64,000 nt of DNA, taken from positions 32,001-96,000 of IMG/VR virus record IMGVR_UViG_3300043391_000853, one strand, 5' to 3'. Source of the DNA: a virus. Its lineage: Duplodnaviria > Caudoviricetes. Position 1 is the first letter of the stretch, and each line of letters opens with the position of its first letter. Below the pieces are notes generated by a model that did not search any database, was not told the origin of the DNA, and saw nothing but the letters and a program-made list of their open reading frames with translations. This document shows, in pieces, positions 17,431-25,513 of this stretch. A program made the translations under genes and the position numbers.

Positions 17431-18065
17431 GCCAGCTTTGTGAATACCTGCATCAGCGTGTCTAGGGTGAGGTTGAGGTGATCCTCTACCTCTGCCAGTC
17501 TCTCCTCTGTTAGTAGCTTGTGGCAGGGGACCACAGACTGTGTCAGAGGAATATCTAGAACGTCAGTAATCTCTTTGATAGTTTCCGGATGGCTTATAGC
17601 TCCGCAAGCCCACATTTTCGCTAGATCTGTATGGGTTTCATCCTCAAGTATAGCTGTACGGTACTTATAGAACACATTGGTGAAAAAGTTCATATCGCCA
17701 TAGATTGCTGCCCTACGAGCAATAAATGGATATATAAACTTGGTACCTCTAAACGTTATGGTGCTTGCGTAAGGTTTCGTGAGTCTCTCATACAACTTAC
17801 GAAGCATGCCTTCTTCTGACAGATGGAATGAGTGCGTTAACTCTCTTTCTCCTGTAGCGGTATCTAGTAGTGCTGTAGCACACACAAAGCCTGTAGCCTC
17901 GTTGTACGCAGCATCTTCAAAATATTTATTCTTTTTTCTCTCTATATCTTCCGTAATCTTTGTAGCGTCTTTTAGATTGCTTGCAGCCTTGAAGCTGGGA
18001 GCCTTGATTATCAAATCCGCCATAGGTAGCGGAGCGGTCTCAATGTGAAGAATGAACTCTTTCAT
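17427..18065 (-). CDS. PolB/DnaQ-type 3'-5' exonuclease fold, apparently inactive
   Basis: ILHIETAP (DIET), EEGML, FRGTKFIYPFIARRA (NG..FD.PF), HTDLAKMW; catalytic Asp residues replaced. Confidence 0.65.
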   Translation of the reverse strand: MKEFILHIETAPLPMADLIIKAPSFKAASNLKDATKITEDIERKKNKYFEDAAYNEATGFVCATALLDTATGERELTHSFHLSEEGMLRKLYERLTKPYASTITFRGTKFIYPFIARRAAIYGDMNFFTNVFYKYRTAILEDETHTDLAKMWACGAISHPETIKEITDVLDIPLTQSVVPCHKLLTEERLAEVEDHLNLTLDTLMQVFTKLA

Positions 18066-18066
18066 A

Positions 18067-20142
18067 CTATTCTTTAAACTTCGTTGCAACTAAGGAGGCC
18101 ACTTTATCTTCCACAGATCTCTCGGGGGTATAGTTGTGAGCGTTCTCGGCGAAAGGCTGAGCACTACCGCTCAGTGTACGGATCTGCTCCTGCATCATAC
18201 TGTCGTTTTTGAGTGCTAGTAACCTAGCAGCAATATCGTCATAGCCTGCACCTGCATAGTGCTGGTCGTTTACGATGCAGCGATATTGCTTGGTATCGTA
18301 GTCATACACCTTTGCGTTTTCAATCACTACCGCATATGTGCGCAATGATCCCTGAACTTTGTAAGCATTCCTGCCCATGAATTCCACAATTTCTGCCTTA
18401 GTTAGACTTACAGCAGATTCAAGGAATTTTCTGGAACGTTCAAGGGCCAACCTTTTACCCTCTTGTGCAATACTTAGAAGACTGACGATATCTTCTTTGG
18501 TGATGAGCGTGGTCTCGACTTCTTTAACCGTTTTGTCTTCCTGTACAACTTTTGACTTAAAGGTACAACAATCGATAAGTATATCTACCAGCTGTTCAGC
18601 ACACCACTCCGCGTTTCTGCGACCCCAGCGCCCATAATGACCGGGACCAGGACGGGTGTGAAAACTTCTATCATCAGTCTTTTTATTCGCTGTATCAATT
18701 CGACGAATTAGTCTACCTAGCGCCACTTTTACAGCGCGCGTTTCTGAAACCTTGATCTTTACGCACCCCTCCTGCTTATCAATGAGGAATTTAATGGCTG
18801 GAGCTTTAGGGCTAGGTGTACCAGAGCTGTACTCGTCTCTCGACATGGGAGAATGAATCTTCACTTGAATACCGTTGGCAATAACATCATGCCATTTGAT
18901 ACTCATTTTAGATATACTCTTTAAAAACAACTTATACTCAGCAGCATTGTGATGGCAGCTTGCTCTATGTATCGCTTGAGCAATCTCGCCTTTATTGATG
19001 CGGACATTGTTGATGTATCTTTGCCTTGTTGTCGATATAGCTGCAGTAATGTCTATGCCGTTGATTTTAAAGGTAGGCAACTCTGACTTTGTCGCTGCAG
19101 CCTCATCTTCCTCGTTCACATTATTAACTGCCTCATCTGCAGGCTGGGCTTCTTCTTTATCTGAAGGAATCAACTTTCTTTCAATATGTGCAGCATAGGT
19201 CTCGGAGATTGTATAGATATCAAACTCCCCATTAAAGTTTAGCTTAGAGTACAGTACGTCTAGAAGATCGTCTGCCTCGATCGAAATTCTTTCGTATGTC
19301 GCTGTCGTTTTTGTCAGCGTTATATTATTAATCGTAGTCTTTTCGACGTCGCCAGCCATTAACTTACCTACAACCAACATGGTTGTATTTTTTCTGTAGT
19401 CGCTTTCAATGGCTGCAGCAGTTCTTGTGTATGTTTCCTTTACAGAGGGTGCAAGCTTTTTGAACATTCTCAGCCTGAGCATCTCAGCGTCATTACTATT
19501 AATGAAGCAGCCATTCTGCAGCATCTCTGTAAGCTTTGGTTGCAGCTTGCACATTAAAAACACATAGGCTGTGTTAATGTCGTACATGTTGCTGACAATC
19601 CACTGAGGATCTGTCTTCGCTTCTTTTAGACACATTGCATAGAAGCCTTTATCCAGATAATCGTAGATGGCTTCGTCGTTTCGAGCTACGATACATACTG
19701 CCTGAGACTTCAAGCCTTCCGTATCGACACCGGTAGCTATCCGATATGTATAGTTACCCTCCACAATCTCTGCAGGACTGTGACGAATAATCTTTGGACG
19801 GTAGTCGGTAGCAATATCTTCTGGTATCAGTTTGAGTGTTTTAAACTCTTTCGTGTAATGTGTGTCAATATCTCGTAGAGTGAGCTGCTCGATGTCAGTA
19901 GTGAGTACTACTTGTGAGTTTGCAGGTAGTCTCAATCTTCTAAGATCTGCAGGCTTAGATTTAACGAAGCTGTGCAATTTATGTGCTTTGTCGAACGCAA
20001 GACTGCTGTACTCGACAGTGTAAATTACATTATACCTCACGTCGTAATTTGTTTTGATGATTATCTCACCACCTGATGGATACTTTGCCAGACGACCAAA
20101 GTCTTTAACGATGTTTTTAAATGTGGCTATAGATACGTTCAT
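18067..20142 (-). CDS. 691-aa protein of the Ubl operon with Cys-containing C-terminal domain
   Basis: Long ORF; C-terminal VQGSLRTY...QYRCIV...DDIAARLLALKND. Confidence 0.8.
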   Translation of the reverse strand: MNVSIATFKNIVKDFGRLAKYPSGGEIIIKTNYDVRYNVIYTVEYSSLAFDKAHKLHSFVKSKPADLRRLRLPANSQVVLTTDIEQLTLRDIDTHYTKEFKTLKLIPEDIATDYRPKIIRHSPAEIVEGNYTYRIATGVDTEGLKSQAVCIVARNDEAIYDYLDKGFYAMCLKEAKTDPQWIVSNMYDINTAYVFLMCKLQPKLTEMLQNGCFINSNDAEMLRLRMFKKLAPSVKETYTRTAAAIESDYRKNTTMLVVGKLMAGDVEKTTINNITLTKTTATYERISIEADDLLDVLYSKLNFNGEFDIYTISETYAAHIERKLIPSDKEEAQPADEAVNNVNEEDEAAATKSELPTFKINGIDITAAISTTRQRYINNVRINKGEIAQAIHRASCHHNAAEYKLFLKSISKMSIKWHDVIANGIQVKIHSPMSRDEYSSGTPSPKAPAIKFLIDKQEGCVKIKVSETRAVKVALGRLIRRIDTANKKTDDRSFHTRPGPGHYGRWGRRNAEWCAEQLVDILIDCCTFKSKVVQEDKTVKEVETTLITKEDIVSLLSIAQEGKRLALERSRKFLESAVSLTKAEIVEFMGRNAYKVQGSLRTYAVVIENAKVYDYDTKQYRCIVNDQHYAGAGYDDIAARLLALKNDSMMQEQIRTLSGSAQPFAENAHNYTPERSVEDKVASLVATKFKE

Positions 20143-20175
20143 AGTATTAGATAATATAGATATAGATGTTTAATG

Positions 20176-20215
20176 AAAAAGGGCCCCTGATGTAATACAC
20201 ACCAGGGGCCCTTTT
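20176..20215. terminator. bidirectional intrinsic terminator downstream of the Ubl gene
   Basis: AAAAA-GGGCCCCTG-13nt-CAGGGGCCC-TTTT. Confidence 0.85.
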
Positions 20216-20235
20216 ATTTACCGCTGAGGGTACGG

Positions 20236-20556
20236 CTAGATTTCGCCGCCAACCAACACACCGGTAAGCAGCACTGCAGGATCCTGGAAGGCTTCAAGCT
20301 TGCCCTTCAGCTTCTGCACGTTTGCCTCTGTACGGAACTTGCCTCCGTCAAATTCAAACTTCTCACCATTGATAAATACCCAACGGGCATTGTTCTCGGC
20401 GTTTTCAATGATGCTGTCCACGGCCTGGTTGATGTCCAGGTCGGCCAGTGTAGTGTGCCCTGTGCGATCAGCGATGTCGATCTTGTATGTGTTGTTCATG
20501 GCGGTGTTGTTGCTGTTGATGACTTCGTTGTTAACTGCAGTGATTTCGGTGTTCAT
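20236..20556 (-). CDS. ubiquitin-like (beta-grasp) protein, pro-form ending GG-EI
   Basis: Strand YKIDIADRTG, helix, WVFING, final strand AVLLTGVLVGG plus EI; linked to E1 and JAB genes. Confidence 0.8.
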   Translation of the reverse strand: MNTEITAVNNEVINSNNTAMNNTYKIDIADRTGHTTLADLDINQAVDSIIENAENNARWVFINGEKFEFDGGKFRTEANVQKLKGKLEAFQDPAVLLTGVLVGGEI

Positions 20557-20651
20557 GATGATTTATTAGTTTTATACTTCTTACTATTGTATCTTATTTT
20601 AGTGCTGATAGTCGAGCTTGTTCTGGGGGGAACAGATCGACAATAAATCGT

Positions 20652-21515
20652 TTACTTAGATGAGGTAAACAGCTTTTTTGCTACGTTGGCCAGGAGTGCC
20701 AGGTACCCTGACTCCTGGATTCTATCCAAATACTTCACACCTCCCTTAGTCCTGTAAGTAAGACCAAGTTTGTATTCCTTGAGTTCGTAGGTATTGCACC
20801 CCAAGTTAGAGGCAAGCGTACGATCGAACTCTTGGTAGAGTGTGCGATAGAGATCCATGCGAACTTGATTCTGATCTTGACGTGAAGCGGTGTCTCCACC
20901 CTTTTTCTTTGCATGCTTGTCTACAAGCATGTTGATCTGTGAGCGTAGCATTTCTGAAGTAGCGCTTTCCAGATCTTTAACAGGCTCCAGAGCATCTTCA
21001 TTCTCAGTTCCGCTTGCGTTAGCCTTTGTGCGCTCATTGGCTACAGGTTGGCGCTTCACTGGAGGCGTCCAACAAGCACGCTCTTCAAGAATGAAATCGC
21101 TGGCGATCTTTGGCTGAACAATCTTCGTAACTGCTGGAGCATCTTCCTGCGTATTGCTAGGTTTCTCTTGATCTAAGAGCGCAGCCATGGTCATCTGCGT
21201 GGTTTTTGGCGCTGTAATCTTCTTTGAAGTAACCTTCCTTGAGGTCTTCTTCGAGTGCCTCCGCTCATTAAGAACAATCTTGAGGGCATTATTAAAGTCC
21301 GTGGCAGTTACGAGCCTACGCTGTTGACTGTTTGAGCCGTCGGAAACCCTCTTTATTACGCAGGGTGTCGCCAGCTTGGACAGGAATGAGGAGCCGTATA
21401 CATCGGTCAGATCTCCCACGAAATAATATTTTCTTTTAGCTATAAGAACAGAGCGAACAATGCAGCCCTCGACGATTTTGTGTGTGATTGTAGGGTTTTT
21501 AATGATGGTGGTCAT
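20652..21515 (-). CDS. putative DNA-binding/antirepressor-like protein
   Basis: Bro-N-like YYFVGDLTDVYG; basic linker; C-terminal LYRTLYQEF...YLDRIQESG. Confidence 0.5.
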   Translation of the reverse strand: MTTIIKNPTITHKIVEGCIVRSVLIAKRKYYFVGDLTDVYGSSFLSKLATPCVIKRVSDGSNSQQRRLVTATDFNNALKIVLNERRHSKKTSRKVTSKKITAPKTTQMTMAALLDQEKPSNTQEDAPAVTKIVQPKIASDFILEERACWTPPVKRQPVANERTKANASGTENEDALEPVKDLESATSEMLRSQINMLVDKHAKKKGGDTASRQDQNQVRMDLYRTLYQEFDRTLASNLGCNTYELKEYKLGLTYRTKGGVKYLDRIQESGYLALLANVAKKLFTSSK

Positions 21516-21544
21516 GTGATGTTATTATTTTTTAGTTTTCTAGC

Positions 21545-22276
21545 TTATCTGTGAATCGGGAATTGGATGTGTCTTATTTTCCCGCTCTTGAGAGGACGAT
21601 CGATGCATGCTCTACAACGAGCACATGCACCCTTATCTTCATTTTTTTTCATCTTTCCTGTAACCTCAGGACATATCAATCTAGCTCTATCTTCAGGTAA
21701 ATCACTGGGAGGTGTATTACCCATCCAAGCTATCGCCACATTGGCATAATCTTTATACTTCTCGTATACCGCCAGTACCTTATCTTTATTGATCGGATCG
21801 CAGCTCAACATCAGTGTGAGGTTACGAAGATCCGCCAACAATGGGACAGCAAAAAGAGACCTGGTGTAGGCCCAGAAGCGCACTTCAGGTCTCTTTTTGA
21901 TGGCCGTGGCCCAGGCTGTAGTATAGCTCTCGTCAAAGAACTCTCCTCCGGTATGTATCCTAAAGTATGGTTCGGTGTGTCCTCCGTTAAGAAGCCACTT
22001 ATCTACGCTGTTTTCTATCACCTGCAGGTGCTCTTCAAATGACTTACCCCACACCAAGGACGTGTTATAGTCCTCAGATTCGGAGTATTTCTTATACAGC
22101 TTCCTAAGGTTTACGTCGTAGCACTTACCTACACAGCCTCCCTCTCCTACAGTAGCGTTAACACAAGTACCTCCATCCTCTGGACGGCCTGAGGCGAGAC
22201 TGAATGTATTATCGTGATTCTTACGAAATCTTACCTTGCTGTTGTTGGTTAACTTAAAACTTACGTACTTATTCAT
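21545..22276 (-). CDS. Gp88-like (radical-SAM-related Fe-S) protein
   Basis: TFSL...TC-x8-C-x3-CY, FRIHTGGEF, FWAYTR, ICP...CARCRAC. Confidence 0.8.
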   Translation of the reverse strand: MNKYVSFKLTNNSKVRFRKNHDNTFSLASGRPEDGGTCVNATVGEGGCVGKCYDVNLRKLYKKYSESEDYNTSLVWGKSFEEHLQVIENSVDKWLLNGGHTEPYFRIHTGGEFFDESYTTAWATAIKKRPEVRFWAYTRSLFAVPLLADLRNLTLMLSCDPINKDKVLAVYEKYKDYANVAIAWMGNTPPSDLPEDRARLICPEVTGKMKKNEDKGACARCRACIDRPLKSGKIRHIQFPIHR

Positions 22277-22277
22277 A

Positions 22278-24986
22278 CTACTCTTTCCATTCCCAAATAT
22301 TCTTTTCAAAGTTCCAAGCAGTCTCTTTCTCGAATATCTTTTCTTTACCTTTCCATCTATCCATGATCATAAGCTCGCAACCTACATTATCTCCAGTGGC
22401 TAGCTTTGTCTCATGACAGAACACATGCTTCAACAGCTCTTGAATATAGTTACCCTTCACAAGGTCTTTGTGAACTGCCCAGTAGCCTGCATCATGTACA
22501 GTATTGACTGGATATATGTAGCGCATCCATAGGTTATCTTTCTTGAGTAGATCTTTTAGCTTCACAGATGCTTCCCACATGAACCATGCAAGCTCACTGG
22601 CTACAGGGAACGCCAGGCTTTCGTTCATCCAGCCTGCCAAGATACCGAAGTTTTCCGTATCTTCGTAGTTTAACACCAATCCTCTAGCGTTGGTTATGCG
22701 GCGATGCTTTTCCACTTCCTGTGTACATTTGTCTCTATACTGCATGTACTTTTCATATCGTGTCCAAGTATCGAGAGCATACTCGAGCGTACCTAGTCCT
22801 ACATGCAAACCATTCTCTGCATAGATATCTGCTTGAATAGGTACAGCTGCAAACTTTAATCCTGCTGTATACGACACACGGAAAGTAATACTTTTCGCGA
22901 TAACATATTTACTTACATCTTTTTTAGTGAGTGTAGGGTCATTAAAATACTCACGCATTTTTGTTTGGTGAAAATTACCTGACCGAATATCGTGGATGAA
23001 TCCTTGATCCTGACTAAGAAAGGCCATAATCGCTAGATCGGCCCCTGCAACATCAAGCTCTGTCCAGTAGTAATCTTTGTGGCCTGGGCAAAATATGTTC
23101 CTGATGTTTTTGGGTAGCAGATGACTCACATTTTTCTGCTCATCGCTATTGAAGTTATTGTAGCCTGGTACAAATATATCAGGAATGTACGCCAAAACCT
23201 TAGATGCAGGGTTCTGTACATTGGGACTGCTACTCGCCCTGAAGTTTTTCAAGCACTCGAAGAAACTTGCATGCACACGACCATCATTGCATATCGCTGC
23301 CCAGTAGCTTTGCTTCAAGGGCTCCTCGTCATCATCTTCGTGCTCGATTTCGTCCGCAGAGTGTATACCTTTCTTGCTCAGAAATTTTGTAGCGAATACC
23401 CCAATCCTACTAACACTAAGCAGTAGTGTAATAGCTTTGTGTGTGGCCTCAAGCTTCTCAAAATTATCCGTATCAGATCTATCGAACTTGGCGATTAGCT
23501 CTTCGATCTGAAATTTTATAGTACTAAGACTTTTGCCGTTAGTACTAGGCTCATACATCTTTTGAGTTTGAAACTTTTGCTTATCGTACCAAACCTTACT
23601 CTTGGGAGACTTACCGCTCTTTGTGTAGTAGGCCGGAGTCACATTCAAGACGTCAAACAAAAGACTCTTTTTTTGCGGCGCACTGTTGGGATTAAAATCA
23701 TCGACCCCAAAACGCTCCTTCAAAAAGGTGACAAGCTCTAATCTGAGTTCGTCGTATTTCTTGCTATACTTTTCAGTGATATCCTCTAGTACGTCCTTAT
23801 CTATACCTATACCTGTCAACTCCATGTCAGTGAAGTAGTGGGTTAATGGTAAATATATATTATAGTAGGCATCCTTTAAATGCTCTGGAAAAGAGGCCAT
23901 CATGCGTAGGCATGCCTCCCTATGACTGACTGCATCTCCAGCACAATATTTATAATATATATCAGGCTCAAGAAACTTCATCTTTGCAAGCTCCGCTTTA
24001 CCGAGCTTGTGTTCTTTCATCTTTCTATTTAGTGCAGTATAGTACGGTTCATAGTTTGTGAAAGACTTTATACCTGTCTCCAGCCCTTTACTCATTCTCG
24101 AATCGAAGAACGCCACAGCCTTCATACCGTCAAAGGCAAGTGTTTCATCAGGGAGGTTAAAGCCTCTGTGTCTAAGACGCAGATCGTCCGCCCGCACATT
24201 CCAACCTAATCTCTTGGCTTCAGGGTGCTCCAGTAGAGGCTTCATCGTATCTAGAAGCTCTCTATTTTCAGTTATACCATCTTTGCTAATGTTGAGAACT
24301 ATAGCCACGTCAGGCTGACAACTGTATTGGAACTCATACATCACCTCGTCATCAGTGAATTTTGAGCCGAACCACTCAGCGTCATAGCCTACAGTCAGCA
24401 TCCCTTTGCTTATGTATTTTTCTATATAAATACGGTTCTCTTCAGGATCATCTACTACAAAATAATTGTAGTGTTTATATTTGAGTGTTCCGTCCAATAC
24501 TTTTTTAGCTAGTAGAAACGTCTCCCTGAACTCTGGTCTCTTTGTAGGATCCATGACCACAATCATGCCTGGAGCATAGTTTGCCAGCACTTTGCCGTAG
24601 CTGCTGTCAATCAGTTCTCCAATATAATCACCCATCTTGGTGTTTGCTCGCATCACCCTTTTGAAGACCTCTGCCCCCATAGGCATAATCAGTTTAGGTT
24701 TGAGTTCTGCGATCTCAGCATCTAGCGCAGCACTCCATTCCTCAATATCTTCAGCGGAGGGTTTTGGTTTGCTGCCAATGCCGCACTTCACCATACCTGT
24801 GAAATGTACACGCGAAAGGGGAATATCTGCCGCGCTAAGGGCCGAAAGTACCTCCGCAGCCATATCTCCCTTTGTGCCGAAGGCTCTGGCCTCCAAGTCG
24901 TCTTTATTTGGATGACTGAACACAATCAGTAGCTCAGGTTGCGCCCCCTTTTTTAAGACGTTTTCTACTTTGACTTTATCGGACAT
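22278..24986 (-). CDS. polA: family A DNA polymerase with N-terminal UDG-like and 3'-5' exonuclease domains
   Basis: UDG-like N-terminus (VKC...EIAELKPKLIMPMG); exo GYDAE, YCAGDA; ME.TGI; PNVQN; motifs A/B/C ELDVAGAD, AKSITF..SY, VHDA. Confidence 0.88.
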   Translation of the reverse strand: MSDKVKVENVLKKGAQPELLIVFSHPNKDDLEARAFGTKGDMAAEVLSALSAADIPLSRVHFTGMVKCGIGSKPKPSAEDIEEWSAALDAEIAELKPKLIMPMGAEVFKRVMRANTKMGDYIGELIDSSYGKVLANYAPGMIVVMDPTKRPEFRETFLLAKKVLDGTLKYKHYNYFVVDDPEENRIYIEKYISKGMLTVGYDAEWFGSKFTDDEVMYEFQYSCQPDVAIVLNISKDGITENRELLDTMKPLLEHPEAKRLGWNVRADDLRLRHRGFNLPDETLAFDGMKAVAFFDSRMSKGLETGIKSFTNYEPYYTALNRKMKEHKLGKAELAKMKFLEPDIYYKYCAGDAVSHREACLRMMASFPEHLKDAYYNIYLPLTHYFTDMELTGIGIDKDVLEDITEKYSKKYDELRLELVTFLKERFGVDDFNPNSAPQKKSLLFDVLNVTPAYYTKSGKSPKSKVWYDKQKFQTQKMYEPSTNGKSLSTIKFQIEELIAKFDRSDTDNFEKLEATHKAITLLLSVSRIGVFATKFLSKKGIHSADEIEHEDDDEEPLKQSYWAAICNDGRVHASFFECLKNFRASSSPNVQNPASKVLAYIPDIFVPGYNNFNSDEQKNVSHLLPKNIRNIFCPGHKDYYWTELDVAGADLAIMAFLSQDQGFIHDIRSGNFHQTKMREYFNDPTLTKKDVSKYVIAKSITFRVSYTAGLKFAAVPIQADIYAENGLHVGLGTLEYALDTWTRYEKYMQYRDKCTQEVEKHRRITNARGLVLNYEDTENFGILAGWMNESLAFPVASELAWFMWEASVKLKDLLKKDNLWMRYIYPVNTVHDAGYWAVHKDLVKGNYIQELLKHVFCHETKLATGDNVGCELMIMDRWKGKEKIFEKETAWNFEKNIWEWKE

Positions 24987-25513
24987 TTTGTGTTTTTGAT
25001 TGATTTGTGCAGAAGCCTTCTCAGCCCCCTAAGAGTTGTACATAGGATGAATCCTACATTACCTACAGATATTTGTAACTTTTCGGATATTTCTTGATAG
25101 CTGCAGTTATCAAAGAATCTTAATTTTATGATTGCGAGCGTCCTGGGTTTCATCTTAGTCAGGGCAGTGTGTAGTGTGGCGTAGTCGCTATCTGTTTTCT
25201 CAATGCTCTGTAGCAACTCAAGAGGATTTAGTTCGGGCGAAACCTCCTCCTCTATATTTTCTGTCGGCTGGAGGCTGTACCTCTTGGATTTGGCTAATGT
25301 TTTGAGTGCGGTGTTTCTTGTAACTGTAAACAGCCACGGGTCGATATGGTCTTTTATCTTGTCGTAGTCTTGTTTTAGCAGTTTCAAAAATACGGTCTGT
25401 ACCACATCCAAAGACTCACTATGGTCTTTTAGCAACTTGTGAGCAAAGCTTAAGAGAGGCTTATGCTTATCTAGGTATATCTCATTAAATACTTCTGAGG
25501 TGATTGTGTTCAT
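24965..25513 (-). CDS. ECF-type sigma-70 factor
   Basis: DVVQTVFLKL, PWLFTVTRN, region 4 SYQEISEKLQISVGNV. Confidence 0.9.
   Translation of the reverse strand: MNTITSEVFNEIYLDKHKPLLSFAHKLLKDHSESLDVVQTVFLKLLKQDYDKIKDHIDPWLFTVTRNTALKTLAKSKRYSLQPTENIEEEVSPELNPLELLQSIEKTDSDYATLHTALTKMKPRTLAIIKLRFFDNCSYQEISEKLQISVGNVGFILCTTLRGLRRLLHKSIKNTKCPIKSK

Noticed and set aside
20236-20238. Stop-codon (TAG) reassignment as seen in some large phages
   Set aside because: Long conserved genes are intact in code 11, several end cleanly at TAG next to the following start, and no suppressor tRNA is seen.
16400-20556. ThiS/ThiF or MoaD/MoeB cofactor biosynthesis interpretation
   Set aside because: No thiG, moaE, cysteine synthase, rhodanese or desulfurase in the window and E1 lacks Zn-binding CxxC motifs; disfavoured but not formally excluded.
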